Below are positions 10,601-20,197 of a stretch of 64,000 nt of DNA, in pieces; position 1 is the first letter of the stretch, and the number at the start of each line of letters is the position of its first letter. The notes under the pieces are model-generated. The model saw only the letters and a list, made by a program, of their open reading frames with translations, did not search any database and was not told where the DNA came from. The stretch covers positions 24,805 through 88,804 of the forward strand of contig JBFMGU010000008.1 of assembly GCA_040752415.1 (NCBI GenBank). The letters run 5' to 3'. The translations under genes and the position numbers were made by a program. The stretch comes from Myxococcota bacterium. GTDB lineage: Bacteria > Myxococcota > JACRCW01.

Positions 10601-11492
10601 AGCCCTCGTCGGTCTGGCCGTCACAGTCGTCGTCAAGCTGGTTGCCGCAACGCTCGCCGCGCGGGTCCGCGGGAAGCGGCGTGGTGTTGCATTCCGTACC
10701 CAGGCCGCCGGGCGCGCACCGCTGCTCACCGGTGTTGGTGCACACGCCGGTGCCCACGGTGCACGGCGCGCCCACCGAGTAGCCCTCGTCGGACTGCCCG
10801 TCGCAGTCGTCGTCCAGGGCGTTGCCGCACAGCTCACCGTCGGGGTTGGGAGCGTTGGGGACCGCGCCGCACACGGTGGTCCTCCCGTCGGGACCGCAGA
10901 CCCGCACCGCGGTGTTGACGCACACGCCGGTGCCGTCGCTGCACGCCTCGCCCAGGTCGGGGAAGTCCTCGTCGGTGAGGCTGTCGCAGTCGTTGTCGAC
11001 TCCGTCACAGCGTTCCGGGGTGGGGCCCACGCCGCCCTCGCACACGCCGCTGAACGCGCCATTGCGACAATCCTCCGTGCCGTACTCACACGCGCCGATC
11101 TTGCTGCCACAGAAGCGCCGCTCCCCGTCCGTGCACGTCTCGGGGTCCGCGTCTGGGATCTCGGGGTAATCCGCGGAGGTCACGCAGCGCCCGGTGGTGA
11201 CCGCGCAGCGCAGGCCCGCCGGACAGTCCGTATCCCGTCGACAGCCGTCGTCATGCGGGCGCTCCGCGGGATTGGAGCAGAAGCCCTCCTCGCACACGTG
11301 GCCAAAGGGGCAATCCGCGCTGGACGCGCACGCAATGGCCTCCGACTCCACCGTGGCGGGGCCGGCGTCCGCGTTGCTGCCCTGGGTCGCGGCATTGGGA
11401 CAGCCATTGCAGGCACCCAGGAGGAGGAGGATCCCGACTGCAGCCAGCCGAGCCTGCCGCCCGACCGTGCGCCTCAACGGAGCGTGGAACAT
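7632..11492 (-). CDS. large Cys/Asp-rich repeat lipoprotein (MopE-related/metal-binding-motif type repeats, PKD-like, YfaP-like domain)
   Basis: LLLLGAC lipobox-like; 14 ExCGNGxDDDCDGxxDE units; LNGSGST..YSW..LTVT; QLVW..GDLDLLL..DDTDGNGPENI. Confidence 0.8.
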   Translation of the reverse strand: MFHAPLRRTVGRQARLAAVGILLLLGACNGCPNAATQGSNADAGPATVESEAIACASSADCPFGHVCEEGFCSNPAERPHDDGCRRDTDCPAGLRCAVTTGRCVTSADYPEIPDADPETCTDGERRFCGSKIGACEYGTEDCRNGAFSGVCEGGVGPTPERCDGVDNDCDSLTDEDFPDLGEACSDGTGVCVNTAVRVCGPDGRTTVCGAVPNAPNPDGELCGNALDDDCDGQSDEGYSVGAPCTVGTGVCTNTGEQRCAPGGLGTECNTTPLPADPRGERCGNQLDDDCDGQTDEGFAVGGECHVGQGACEREGYMVCNDDGTGLVCSATPGEPALTELCGGDADDDCDGQSEEDFGALGTACNVGLGACRRQGVLVCSADRLGLECSVAPGAAGAAELCGNGIDDDCDGLVDEGFDDGDACNNGVGACQRPGVRICSPDGLTTVCNAAPGNPNPSGELCGNGADDDCDGQVDEGYDVGAACSAGSGVCRRSGVKICTPNALGTTCNVTAGNPNPAGELCGNSQDDDCDGAVDEGFDVGNACTEGQGVCQQSGVKACSPDGTTTMCTADSGEPLGELCGNGLDDDCDGQSDEGFDVGASCTVGVGACARSGVKLCRADGAGTECSAAPGAPNAAGELCGNGMDDDCDGQVDEGYDVGVSCSNGVGACQRWGVKACSADGLSTTCDAPPGDPNPSGELCGNGVDDDCDGVSDEGYDVGSSCSNGVGICTRSGVKVCRADGLGTQCNATPGSPNPSGELCGNGLDDDCDTATDEGFNVGDACSQGTGICQRSGTMVCSSNGLGTQCSATPGSPNASGELCGNGLDDDCDGQADEGFNVGTSCTVGTGVCSRTGAMMCTPSGTGTQCSVSPGSPNASGELCGNGQDDDCDGQTDEGFNVGTSCTVGTGICQRTGSMMCTPSGTGTQCSVTPGSPNPSGEVCGNGQDDDCDGQVDEACGPPVAVCNPATINAAPLDTVTLNGSGSTNPAGGALSYSWSVTSAPVGSTSDPMSPSSANSGFYVDLAGTYQLLLTVTASDGQSDTCTVTINSVPPQRIHVQLVWQESVGDLDLLLTKPNETPLGAFFDLSTAEKACWWRNVSTDWGPVGSTDGNATLDIDDTDGNGPENINVATNPVVGDYHVGVHMYCDQSVVDGALTGPEGALNGKVRIYCEGALVDEIPVSWQQLQVGQLWIPARISWNGSGCTVTRMNTVEWGIKYCRAAGTCPTSANDCVPAKRCDSDGDCRPFESCYLGSGAGRNTCRLNNSCTSNANCTGGMTCQAQYGNLCAR
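8630..11015 (-). repeat. intragenic tandem repeat, ~180-bp (60-aa) period, 14 units
   Basis: tcgcagtcgtcgtc...gttgccgcacagctc recurs at 180-bp spacing (lines 8641, 8821, 9001, 9181, 9361, 9541, 9721); boundaries approximate. Confidence 0.9.
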
Positions 11493-12348
11493 GAGAACCC
11501 CCTTTGCTGGATGGTGTGGCTCGTCGCGTGGAATGCCGGGGCTGGCCCCGCGACGTGGAGCGTTGTGGTTGCTGTCCCGCGCCGGATGACGAGGACGCGC
11601 TCTCCGGAGCTCATCCCGTCGGGTCATCCGGCCTGGTGTGCCCACCGTCCGCCGCCAACGTCTCGACGGAGATGATTCACGGGATGTGTTGTGACGACGT
11701 TCAGGAGACGTGAAGGACCGCAGGACGGTTGGCCCCTCTGCTCCTGCGCGGCAACGAGCGAATCCATTTCCGCATTCCCGACTTCATCTGGCCTGCTCCT
11801 TTGCTTCGGAACACTTCCGGCGTGATACGCACCCGGACGAAGCAATCATGATCCAACGCCACGTCTTCACCGACGGGACGTTGCGCTCACGACTTAGACT
11901 CTTCTTCGGAACACGCGACAGTCACGCTCCGCGGCGAGGCGGTCACGGCGGAACCAGGGACTCCAGCCCGCCGCCAGCTCCTGCCCGCGCACTCCCTCCA
12001 ACGGGAGTTGCCGCGGTTGAGGAGCCCACCCGACACCTTCGTTGGGCGCCACCCGGGGAGACCTCCCACTCTCCCGCTCGAGATATGCTGGCGGCCTCAA
12101 GGCATCGCAACGTCGCGCAGCGTTGTGTTTCGTCGACGCGCCGTCGCCACGACGAGAACCGCGCCGCGCGATCTCCTTCCGATCACCTGGCGCCGTTCCT
12201 CGACGGATTTGTGGGCGCGCGCCTGGTGTGGCCGACGGAGCCACATGCTGCGCGCATCTGGAGTGAGGTGTGCGGACCGAAAGGCCGTTCGCCCGTGGTG
12301 TTCGCGACGATGTCGAGGGGGCTCAGCCGGTGGGCATCACGCGCGCCG

Positions 12349-13314
12349 TCACGGGGCCACGTAGGTGCAGACCGGCCCCCACACCACCAGGCCGTCGCCG
12401 AAGAGGCCCACAACGCGGAAGTGGATCCCCTCCCGGAAGAAGCCGCTGTCATTGCCGTACAGGGTCAGCGCGTGGACGGTGTTACTGAGCGGAATGAGCT
12501 CACCGTTTTCCGTCGTCAGCCAGGTGTCCCCTTCGGCCACGCCCAGTCCCCACGTGTTGTCCCCGCGCGAAAACCCCGCGCCAATCTCCGGAGGAATCGG
12601 CTGATCCCTGACGAGGGTATCCCATTCCTGGCCAAACTGCGCCGTGCCGTCGGCGTCGGTGGTGATGAGGATGAGCGCCACCGCCGGTCCGGTCACATCC
12701 ACGCGCATCGCGCCGTCGCGGAGGTTGTCGGGCATGAACCCCGTGTCGCCGGTGGCCACCAGGTCCACGGACAGGGAGTCCGGCGCGGTGGCGCACGCTC
12801 CCACGTCGGGCAGCAGACCCCCGCTGCTGCTGGAGGAGCTGCTGCTGGACGACGTGCTGCTGGAGGTCCCCGTGCTGCTCGACGTGGAAGCGCTCCCGCT
12901 GGAGGAGCTGCTGCTGCCACCCGAGCTGGTGGAGCTGCCCACCGTGCCTCCGTCGGGAGATGCGAACGTGTCCACCACCTCGAGCAGTGTCGTCGTGGCG
13001 GCCGCCGCGCCCATCTCGTCCTCGACGGTGAGCGTCACGTCATAGGACCCCACCTCCCGGTACCGGTGCAGGTGCAGCGACGAGGCGGTGATGAGCGTGG
13101 GGGTGCCGTCGCCGAAATCCCACGCGTAGGAGCGGATGGCGCCGCGGGGGCTCCGGCTCCCGGAACCGTCGGCCATCACGCTCTCCCCCAGCGTGACCAC
13201 GCGCGGCACGGACAGGCGCGCCTCCGGCGCCACGTCGCACGCGACGAGCACGCCGACCACCAGGATGCGCGCCATCACCACCCGCGCGCCCACCACGACC
13301 CCACGCATTGGCAT
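12349..13314 (-). CDS. PKD-domain lipoprotein with Ser/Gly-rich linker
   Basis: VLVAC lipobox-like; SYAWDFGDG...H.Y...GSYDVTLTVED PKD signature; poly-Ser linker. Confidence 0.8.
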   Translation of the reverse strand: MPMRGVVVGARVVMARILVVGVLVACDVAPEARLSVPRVVTLGESVMADGSGSRSPRGAIRSYAWDFGDGTPTLITASSLHLHRYREVGSYDVTLTVEDEMGAAAATTTLLEVVDTFASPDGGTVGSSTSSGGSSSSSSGSASTSSSTGTSSSTSSSSSSSSSSGGLLPDVGACATAPDSLSVDLVATGDTGFMPDNLRDGAMRVDVTGPAVALILITTDADGTAQFGQEWDTLVRDQPIPPEIGAGFSRGDNTWGLGVAEGDTWLTTENGELIPLSNTVHALTLYGNDSGFFREGIHFRVVGLFGDGLVVWGPVCTYVAP

Positions 13315-13315
13315 G

Positions 13316-13405
13316 ACCCCGTTCTAGCAGATTCGCGCGACGGTGCGCGCCGGAGGAACCGCATGGCCGCCATGATGTGTCCCGGTTGCGCCGCCGAGCT
13401 GGACG
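13316..13405 (+). repeat. direct repeat copy 1 (~90 bp) upstream of the VapBC module
   Basis: accccgttctagcagattcgcgcgacggtgcgcgccggaggaaccgcatggccgccatgatgtgtcccggttgcgccgccgagctggacg; differs from 14181..14269 by 4 substitutions and 1 indel. Confidence 0.95.
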
Positions 13406-13470
13406 CTGGAGATGGTGCGGGGCGTTGCCGCAACGCGGAGGACATTCCCTCCTGCCTTACCGAGCGGTAA
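13363..13470 (+). pseudogene. truncated duplicate of the kinase 5' end
   Basis: MAAMMCPGCAAELD is identical to the kinase N-terminus, then diverges and stops (TAA) at 13470. Confidence 0.7.
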
Positions 13471-13472
13471 GG
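13455..13472. promoter_or_regulatory. palindromic operator candidate for the TA operon
   Basis: CCTTACCG-ag-CGGTAAGG perfect 8-bp palindrome ~20 bp before the antitoxin ATG; GGTAAGG half-site repeated at 13484. Confidence 0.65.
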
Positions 13473-13491
13473 AGCTCCCCAGAGGTAAGGA

Positions 13492-13737
13492 ATGGACTAC
13501 TACGCCACCGTCACGAGCAAGGGTCAGATCACCATCCCCAAGGCGATTCGAGACGAGCTTGGCCTCGAGCCAGGGGATCGGCTCGTGTTCCGGCGCGGCA
13601 GGGATGGCAAGGTCACCGTGGAGCCGGAGGATGGCGACGTGGCGCGGCTCCGGGGAATGCTCAAACCGCGCCGTCGTGGCGTTTCCCTTGCGGACATGGA
13701 TGCGGCAGTCCGTCGGCGTGCCGGTCGTCGCAGCTGA
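13492..13737 (+). CDS. vapB: AbrB/MazE/SpoVT-family antitoxin
   Basis: ATVTSKGQITIPKAIRDELGLEPGDRL AbrB signature; directly upstream of a PIN toxin. Confidence 0.88.
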   Translation: MDYYATVTSKGQITIPKAIRDELGLEPGDRLVFRRGRDGKVTVEPEDGDVARLRGMLKPRRRGVSLADMDAAVRRRAGRRS

Positions 13738-13745
13738 CACGAACC

Positions 13746-14144
13746 ATGGACGCGCTCGATACCAACGTGTTGGTACGCTACCTCGTGGATGACGACGTGC
13801 AGCAAGGCGCGCAGGCCGCCGCGCTCATCCAGGCGTCCGATCGACGTCGGCGGAAGCTCTACGTCTCAGACGTGGTCATGGCGGAGCTGGCCTGGGTGCT
13901 TGAGGAAGCGTACGGCTTCACGAGGATGGAAATCGCCGGTGCTGCCCGTGCGGTGCTCTCCAGCCGTGTGTTCTCGTTCCGCGACAAGGCTCGCTTGGCC
14001 CGCGCCGTGTCGGACTTTGAATCGGGTGGCGCGGACTTGTCGGACTACCTGATCAGGCGTGAGGCGGAGTCAGCAGGAGCTGGCCGGCTGTTCACGTTCG
14101 ACCGCAAGCTGAGCCGCGAACCGGGCTGCGCCGTCCCGCGCTGA
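13746..14144 (+). CDS. vapC: PIN-domain toxin
   Basis: LDTNVLVRYL, VMAELAWVL, DLSDYLI, TFDRKL acidic PIN residues. Confidence 0.9.
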   Translation: MDALDTNVLVRYLVDDDVQQGAQAAALIQASDRRRRKLYVSDVVMAELAWVLEEAYGFTRMEIAGAARAVLSSRVFSFRDKARLARAVSDFESGGADLSDYLIRREAESAGAGRLFTFDRKLSREPGCAVPR

Positions 14145-14180
14145 GGGGGCGACTCGTTGCCGCGCCTCAGTGCAGTGGGA

Positions 14181-14269
14181 ACCCCGTTCTAGCGATTCGC
14201 GCTACGGTGCGCGTCGGAGGAACCGCATGGCTGCCATGATGTGTCCCGGTTGCGCCGCCGAGCTCGACG
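14181..14269 (+). repeat. direct repeat copy 2, containing the RBS and start of the kinase gene
   Basis: Near-identical to 13316..13405; includes GGAGG and ATG at 14227. Confidence 0.95.
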
Positions 14270-15819
14270 TCACCGCCCCCTTCGCCGATGCCTGTCCGCG
14301 CTGCGGCGTGAGCTGGGTCGTCGCAGGAGGCTACCGGGTGGAGACGCTGGTGGGCCGCGGCGGGATGGGCACCGTCTACCAGGCGCGGCACGTGGTGAGC
14401 GGCGAGCGCGTGGCGGTGAAGGTCCTCACGTTGAACGCGGGCCAGGATTGGAAGGGCTACGAGCTGTTCGAGCGCAGCGCACGCGTGTTGCAGGGTCTGC
14501 AGCACCGCGCCCTTCCCCACGTGCACGCGTTTGACCACGGCGCCGACGGACGCCTGGTGCTGGTGCGCGAGATCTTCGACGGAGGGACGCTGTTCGAGCG
14601 CATCAAGAAGGAGCGGCGTCATCTTTCGCCCCACCAGGCGCAGGCGCTGCTGGAGTCGCTGTTGGGCATCCTGGTCTACCTGCACGGCCGCGTTCCCCCG
14701 GTGGTGCACCGCGACATCAAGCCGCAGAACATCATGTTCCGCAGCGTCGACGACTGGGAACCGGTGCTCGTTGACTTTGACACCGTGGCCGCCGCGCCCG
14801 CGGCGCAGCGGGGCAACACCATCGTCGCCACGCCCGGCTATGCCGCGCCGGAGCAGCTGGCCGGTGACGCTTCTCCCGCCGTGGATCTCTACGCGGTGGG
14901 CGCCACCATGCTCTTCGTCCTCACGCACGTGGAGCCCGACGACCTACCCCGCACCCGCGGTCGCTTCGACGTGGAGCACCTGCTGGGCAACGTGGACCCG
15001 CGCGTGCGGCAGCTCATCCTCCGTCTCGTCGAGCCGGACCCCGGTCAGCGGCCGGCGAGCGCGGAGGAGGCCCTCGCGTCCATCGTGCCGTCCCTGGAGC
15101 AGCGGACCGTCCCACCGGAGAAGCGCGCCCGTCACGTCGTCCTTGCCGCCGGCATCGTCCTTACCGTCGTCGGCGTGCTGGGACCGCGCGCGTTCCGTCG
15201 GAGCGAACCCGTGGTGCAACCGGTCCACATGGCGCCGCCGCCTCCCATTCCGACGACACCACCGCCGCCCGCGCCACCCCCGGCGCCCGAGCCTCCGACG
15301 TCACATTCCCCGCCCTCGCGCCCCCACGAGAAGGATCCACCCCGTCCTCCGCCCAAGCCCAGCCGGCCCGCGGAGCCCTCGATCGAGGACGTCCTCAAGG
15401 GACTCTCCCGACACATCCAGTCCGTTACCATGGCCTACGGCGGCTACCGCACGCCGCGCATCACCCTGAAGGCCAGCACCAATGACACGCAGGCGCTGCA
15501 GGCCGCCGTTGCCGTGGGGCAGGAGATGCTCCGTCGTGACGGCGGGCCCGAGAAGCTCATTGGCACACGCAGCGGTTACGCGCTGGTCTACGTGGACCTG
15601 CCCCCGGAAGCGGTTGGCGACCGGCAAACCATGAAGCCCTTTGCGCTGCGTGAGCTTTCCGTCGACGGAACCGCCGAGAAAACCAAGCGCGCGAGCAGCC
15701 ACTTCGGTCCGCCCTATCTCCTGCGCGCCAGTCGCGTGCACGAGCAGCGCGGCGTCGCCTATTGCTGCAAGAATGAGCGCGTGGGTGAAGTGCGCGAGGG
15801 CAGGATCCACCTGGACTGA
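14227..15819 (+). CDS. Hanks-type Ser/Thr protein kinase with N-terminal zinc ribbon, one TM segment and Pro-rich linker
   Basis: CPGC..CPRC; GRGGMGTVY, VAVK, HRDIKPQN, DFD (DFG variant), TPGYAAPEQ. Confidence 0.92.
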   Translation: MAAMMCPGCAAELDVTAPFADACPRCGVSWVVAGGYRVETLVGRGGMGTVYQARHVVSGERVAVKVLTLNAGQDWKGYELFERSARVLQGLQHRALPHVHAFDHGADGRLVLVREIFDGGTLFERIKKERRHLSPHQAQALLESLLGILVYLHGRVPPVVHRDIKPQNIMFRSVDDWEPVLVDFDTVAAAPAAQRGNTIVATPGYAAPEQLAGDASPAVDLYAVGATMLFVLTHVEPDDLPRTRGRFDVEHLLGNVDPRVRQLILRLVEPDPGQRPASAEEALASIVPSLEQRTVPPEKRARHVVLAAGIVLTVVGVLGPRAFRRSEPVVQPVHMAPPPPIPTTPPPPAPPPAPEPPTSHSPPSRPHEKDPPRPPPKPSRPAEPSIEDVLKGLSRHIQSVTMAYGGYRTPRITLKASTNDTQALQAAVAVGQEMLRRDGGPEKLIGTRSGYALVYVDLPPEAVGDRQTMKPFALRELSVDGTAEKTKRASSHFGPPYLLRASRVHEQRGVAYCCKNERVGEVREGRIHLD

Positions 15820-15854
15820 ACGCACCGGAAATCCCGCGTCCTGACGGGTGCTTG

Positions 15855-15870
15855 TGGCGGGTTTGTTGCA
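15855..15870 (+). promoter_or_regulatory. sigma54 (-24/-12) promoter candidate for the ABC exporter operon
   Basis: TGGCGGGTTTGTTGCA = GG-N10-GC with TTGCA, ~60 bp before the first gene. Confidence 0.5.
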
Positions 15871-15929
15871 TGGTCACCCGGGGTGGTTAAGAGTCTTTCC
15901 GTCCCGCCGCCCGACGAGAGCCCCGAGCC

Positions 15930-16679
15930 GTGACCGCCTCCGCCCCAGCTTCAGCTCCGTCGACACCGGCCGGCGCATTGGTCCAGCTCAGGAACGTGGT
16001 GCGCAACTACGTGACGCCCGCGGGGATGTTCCCGGCACTGCGCGGCGTGGACCTCGACATCGCGGCGGGTGAGTTCGTGGCCATCGTCGGGAAATCCGGC
16101 TCCGGCAAGTCCACGCTCATCAACATGATGACCGCCATCGACAAGCCCACCAGCGGCGAGGTGTGGATCAACGGCACCGCGGTGCACGCGCTCAGCGAGA
16201 ACCAGGCGGCCATCTGGCGCGGGACCACCGTGGGAATCGTGTTCCAGTTCTTCCAGCTGCTGCCCACGCTCTCCGTCGTGGACAACCTGGTGCTGCCCAT
16301 GGACTTCTGCAACCGCTTCAAGCCGGAGGAGCGGGAGAAGCGCGCGTTGGAGCTGCTCACCATCGTCGGACTGGAGGACCACGCACGGAAGCTTCCCACC
16401 GAGCTGAGCGGCGGACAGCAGCAGCGCGCGGCCATTGCGCGGGCCCTCGCCAATGACCCGCCCATCCTCTGCGCCGACGAGCCCACCGGCAACCTGGACT
16501 CCAGGACCGCCGACGCCATCTTCTCGCTGTTCACGGACATGGCCTCGCGCGGAAAGACCATCATCATGGTCACGCACGACCGCGACCTCGCCTCGCGCGT
16601 AGGGCGTGCGGTGCTGGTGGCGGACGGCCTCATCGTCGAGGATCTGCCCGGTGGGCAACAGCTGCGGAGCGCCTCATGA
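15930..16679 (+). CDS. ABC transporter ATP-binding protein (LolD/MacB-like)
   Basis: [29 protein letters not shown]. Confidence 0.93.
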   Translation: MTASAPASAPSTPAGALVQLRNVVRNYVTPAGMFPALRGVDLDIAAGEFVAIVGKSGSGKSTLINMMTAIDKPTSGEVWINGTAVHALSENQAAIWRGTTVGIVFQFFQLLPTLSVVDNLVLPMDFCNRFKPEEREKRALELLTIVGLEDHARKLPTELSGGQQQRAAIARALANDPPILCADEPTGNLDSRTADAIFSLFTDMASRGKTIIMVTHDRDLASRVGRAVLVADGLIVEDLPGGQQLRSAS

Positions 16680-19063
16680 CCCCGCGTTGGAAGAAGGTTG
16701 CCTCCGACCTCTTCCAACAGCGCTCGCGCTCGGTCCTCGTCGTGCTGTCCATTGCCACGGGTGTGTTTGCCGTCGGTGCGGTGGCGGGGACCTATGACAG
16801 CCTCAAGGAAGGCCTCACCAGCGTCTACGCCAAGGGCGTGCCGGCGCACGCGCGCATCTTCTTCCTGGAGCCCTTCCCGCTAGACCTGCACGAGACGGTG
16901 CGTCGGTTCCCCGGCATCGCCGACGCGGAAGCGCGCCGTTCCGTGGACGTGCGCATGGTGGGCGACGAGGAGACCTCCAAGGGCCTGCAGCTCACCGCCA
17001 TCCTGGACTTCAAGGACATCCGCATCGACCGCGTGCGGCCGGTCAGCGGTGAATGGCCCCCCAAGCAGGACGAGGTGCTCCTGGAGCGCTCGTCGCTGGA
17101 ATCCTCCGGGCTCAAGATCGGCGACACCATCACCGTCGAGACGCCGCTCCGTCGGAAACGCACGCTGAGGATCGCGGGCACGGTGCATGACCCCGGTGTG
17201 CCGCCCAGCTTCTTCACCGGTCGACTGCACGGCACCGTGTCCATGGACACCATCGAGGCGCTGGGAGAGCCACCGCTGCCCGACCAGCTCCTGCTGCGCG
17301 TGAAGATGCCCAACCCCACGCGCAAGGACGTCGAGAAGGTCGTGAAGGCGGTGCGCGCGCGACTCGAGGACAGCGGGCTCACCGTGGTGTGGAACTGGAT
17401 TCCGCCGCCGGGACAACATCCCGCCAAGGAGCCCATCACGTCGTTGTTGTTCATCTTGACCGTGCTGGGCGTGGTGGTGCTGCTGCTCAGCGGCTTCCTG
17501 CTGTTCAACACCATCACCGCCATCCTCACCCAGCAGACGCGCCAGATCGGCATCATGAAATCCATTGGCGCCACCACCGCGCAGATCGCGGAGCTCTACG
17601 TGGTGCTGGTGCTGGCGTATTGCACGCTTGCCGTCCTCGTCGCCGTGCCCACGGGCTTTGTGACCGCGCGGTTCGCCGCGGAGAGCACGGCGGGGATGCT
17701 CAACCTGGACCTGCCGGAGTTCGGGGTTCCGCCGTGGATCCTGGGCTCGCAGGTGGCGCTCGGGTTCCTCGTGCCCCTGCTGGCGGCGTTGCCGCCCATC
17801 ATCCGCGCGTCGCGCATCACGGTGCGGGAGGCATTGGCGTTCTACGGGTTGCCCTCCGCCGCGTCGTCACCGCGATTCATTGACGTGCTGGCGCGGAAGG
17901 TCCGCATCATCACCCGTCCGGCGCTGCTCTCCTTGCGCAATGCGTTCCGTCGTCGACTGCGCCTCGGCTTGACGCTGGCCACGCTCACCACCGGCGGCGC
18001 CATCTTCATGGCCGTGCTCAGCACGCGGGCGTCCATGACCGCCACCCTGGAGCAGGCGCTCTCCTACTGGGCCTACGACGTGGAGGTGCAGTTCATCCGT
18101 CCCTACCGCGCCGACCGCGTGAAGGAGGAGATCCTGCGCGTCCCCGGGGTGGCGGCGGTGGAGACGTGGGGATTCAGCGCCGCGCAGCTCATGAAGGACT
18201 GGCAGGGCACGGAGGAGAGCCGCGTGTTCATGCTTGCTCCGCCCGCGGAGACGCAGATGCTGAGGCCCACCCTCGTCGAGGGACGCTGGCTGCGCAAGGA
18301 TGACGAGGCCTCCGTGGTCATCAACACCGAGGTCCTGCGCAACAACCCCGACGTGAAGGTGGGTGACCACGTCCTGTTGCGCGTGGGCGGTCACCGCACG
18401 ACGTGGCGCGTGGTGGGCATGGTGCGCGGCGTGCTCAGCGGTCCGTGGGTCTACGTGAACCGGCCCTACCATGCGCTGGTGGCGCGCGAGGGTGGTCGTG
18501 CGGCCAGCGTGCAGATTGTGACGACGGAGAAGAGCCCGGAGTTCCTGGCCGCGCTCTCGCAGCGCCTGGAGGATCACCTGCGCGCGGAGGGCTACCAGGT
18601 CTCCTCCGTCGAGAACGCGACGCAGTGGCGCAGCCGCGTGGAAGGGCAATTCAACGTCATCACGTCGTTCCTGATTGCCATGGCGCTGCTCATGGCGTTG
18701 GTGGGTGCGCTCGCGCTCGCGGGCACCATGGGCATCAACGTGCTGGAGCGCGTGAAGGAGATCGGCGTCATCCGCGCGGTGGGTGCGTCCACGCCCACGG
18801 TGATGGGCATCTTCGTCCTCGAGGGGATGACGGTGGGCCTCTTGAGCTACCTGATTGCCATGGTGCTCAGCCTGCCGCTCGCGTACCTGATGTCCTACCA
18901 GGTGGGCGTGACCTTCACGCGGGCGCCTTTTGACTTCACGTGGTCGGCGCAGGGCGCGGGCGGGTGGTTGGTCCTGGTGATGATCCTCTCCGTGCTGGCC
19001 AGCCTGTGGCCCGCGTGGAATGCCGCCCGTATCAGTGTGCGGGAAGTGCTGGCGATGGAGTAG
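16676..19063 (+). CDS. FtsX/MacB-type ABC permease (two repeats)
   Basis: [10 protein letters not shown] and [14 protein letters not shown] motifs; ATGA overlap with the ATPase gene. Confidence 0.9.
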   Translation: MTPRWKKVASDLFQQRSRSVLVVLSIATGVFAVGAVAGTYDSLKEGLTSVYAKGVPAHARIFFLEPFPLDLHETVRRFPGIADAEARRSVDVRMVGDEETSKGLQLTAILDFKDIRIDRVRPVSGEWPPKQDEVLLERSSLESSGLKIGDTITVETPLRRKRTLRIAGTVHDPGVPPSFFTGRLHGTVSMDTIEALGEPPLPDQLLLRVKMPNPTRKDVEKVVKAVRARLEDSGLTVVWNWIPPPGQHPAKEPITSLLFILTVLGVVVLLLSGFLLFNTITAILTQQTRQIGIMKSIGATTAQIAELYVVLVLAYCTLAVLVAVPTGFVTARFAAESTAGMLNLDLPEFGVPPWILGSQVALGFLVPLLAALPPIIRASRITVREALAFYGLPSAASSPRFIDVLARKVRIITRPALLSLRNAFRRRLRLGLTLATLTTGGAIFMAVLSTRASMTATLEQALSYWAYDVEVQFIRPYRADRVKEEILRVPGVAAVETWGFSAAQLMKDWQGTEESRVFMLAPPAETQMLRPTLVEGRWLRKDDEASVVINTEVLRNNPDVKVGDHVLLRVGGHRTTWRVVGMVRGVLSGPWVYVNRPYHALVAREGGRAASVQIVTTEKSPEFLAALSQRLEDHLRAEGYQVSSVENATQWRSRVEGQFNVITSFLIAMALLMALVGALALAGTMGINVLERVKEIGVIRAVGASTPTVMGIFVLEGMTVGLLSYLIAMVLSLPLAYLMSYQVGVTFTRAPFDFTWSAQGAGGWLVLVMILSVLASLWPAWNAARISVREVLAME

Positions 19064-19081
19064 AGAAGTGGTGAGGCGCGC

Positions 19082-20122
19082 ATGAGTCTCCTGGGACGAC
19101 TGGCATGGAGTGCGGGAATGGTTGCGCTGGGCGCCGGCGTGACCGCGGGGGTCATGAATGCCGGTGCCAAGAAGGCGGAAGCCTCCAAGTCCACCGACGC
19201 GGGCCCGCTCGCGCCGCCGGGTGACATCGTGGCGGAGGCGGTGGTGACGCCGGTGGAGTTCGTGTCGCTCTCGCTGCCCATTGGCGGAACCATCGTCGAG
19301 ATTGCGGCGCACGAGGGGCAGCGCGTGCAGGCCGGTGCGCTCATTGCTCGACTGGACGGACGGGAGGCCTCCGCCCGACTCAACAGCGCCCGCGCCGAGC
19401 TGCAACGCGCCGTGGCGCACCTCAAGGAAATCCGTTCTCCGATGCGCCCGCAGGAGCTCGCGGTGCGCGACGCGATGATTGCGCAGACGAAGACCGAGGA
19501 GGACCGCCTGCGCTCGGAGCTGGACCGGCTCACGCAGCTGCACGCGCGCAGCGCGGCGGCACCGGCGGATGTCGAACGCGCGCGTTCGGCGCTGGAGCGT
19601 GCGGCGGCCATGCGTCGTCAGGCGGAGGCGGAGCGGGAGCTGGCGGTGCTGGGCCCGCGCCCGGAGACCATTGCGGTGGCGGAGGCGGCGGTGGAGACGG
19701 CGCGCGCCACGGTGAAGCAGGCGGAGACCGCGTCCCACAACCTGGAGCTGCGCGCGCCCATTGCCGGTGAGGTGGCCTATCTCGACCTGCGCGTCGGGGA
19801 ATTCGCGCCGCCGGGCACGCCGATTGTGCGGCTGGCGGACACCTCGCGCTGGGTGCTCAAGACGGATGACCTCACGGAGCTCGCGGTGGTGCGCGTCAAC
19901 GAGAACGCCGCGGTGACGGTGACCCTCGACGCCATTCCCGGGCTGGAGCTTTCCGGTCGGGTGACGCACGTGCGTGCGCTGGGTGAGCGCAAGAAGGGCG
20001 ACATGACCTACACCGCGACGATCGAGCTGGACCGCCAGGACGAGCGGCTGCGGTGGAACATGACGGCCAGCGTGCGCATCAACTCCAAACAGCCGACGGC
20101 AACGGTGGGGTCACCCGGTTGA
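19082..20122 (+). CDS. HlyD-family periplasmic adaptor subunit
   Basis: GGTIVEI..EGQRV..G, coiled coil, LRAPIAGEV lipoyl-like halves. Confidence 0.88.
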   Translation: MSLLGRLAWSAGMVALGAGVTAGVMNAGAKKAEASKSTDAGPLAPPGDIVAEAVVTPVEFVSLSLPIGGTIVEIAAHEGQRVQAGALIARLDGREASARLNSARAELQRAVAHLKEIRSPMRPQELAVRDAMIAQTKTEEDRLRSELDRLTQLHARSAAAPADVERARSALERAAAMRRQAEAERELAVLGPRPETIAVAEAAVETARATVKQAETASHNLELRAPIAGEVAYLDLRVGEFAPPGTPIVRLADTSRWVLKTDDLTELAVVRVNENAAVTVTLDAIPGLELSGRVTHVRALGERKKGDMTYTATIELDRQDERLRWNMTASVRINSKQPTATVGSPG

Positions 20123-20134
20123 TCCCAAGGTTCG

Positions 20135-20197
20135 TCACACGCGCACGGCGTGTCGACGAATCCACTCCGAAATCCAACGCAGCTCGAAGGCGCTCAC
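20135..20197 (-). pseudogene. possible remnant of a Doc-like toxin gene
   Basis: GTG overlaps the antitoxin TGA (GTGA); MSAFELRWISEWIRRHAVRV then stop. Confidence 0.3.

Noticed and set aside
8630..11015. Regular repeats as a possible CRISPR array
   Set aside because: 180-bp in-frame coding repeats with homologous 'spacers'; no cas genes
11710..13470. 586-aa plus-strand ORF
   Set aside because: Arg/Pro-rich, no motifs, antisense to the PKD gene; only its last 35 codons are meaningful (kinase stub)
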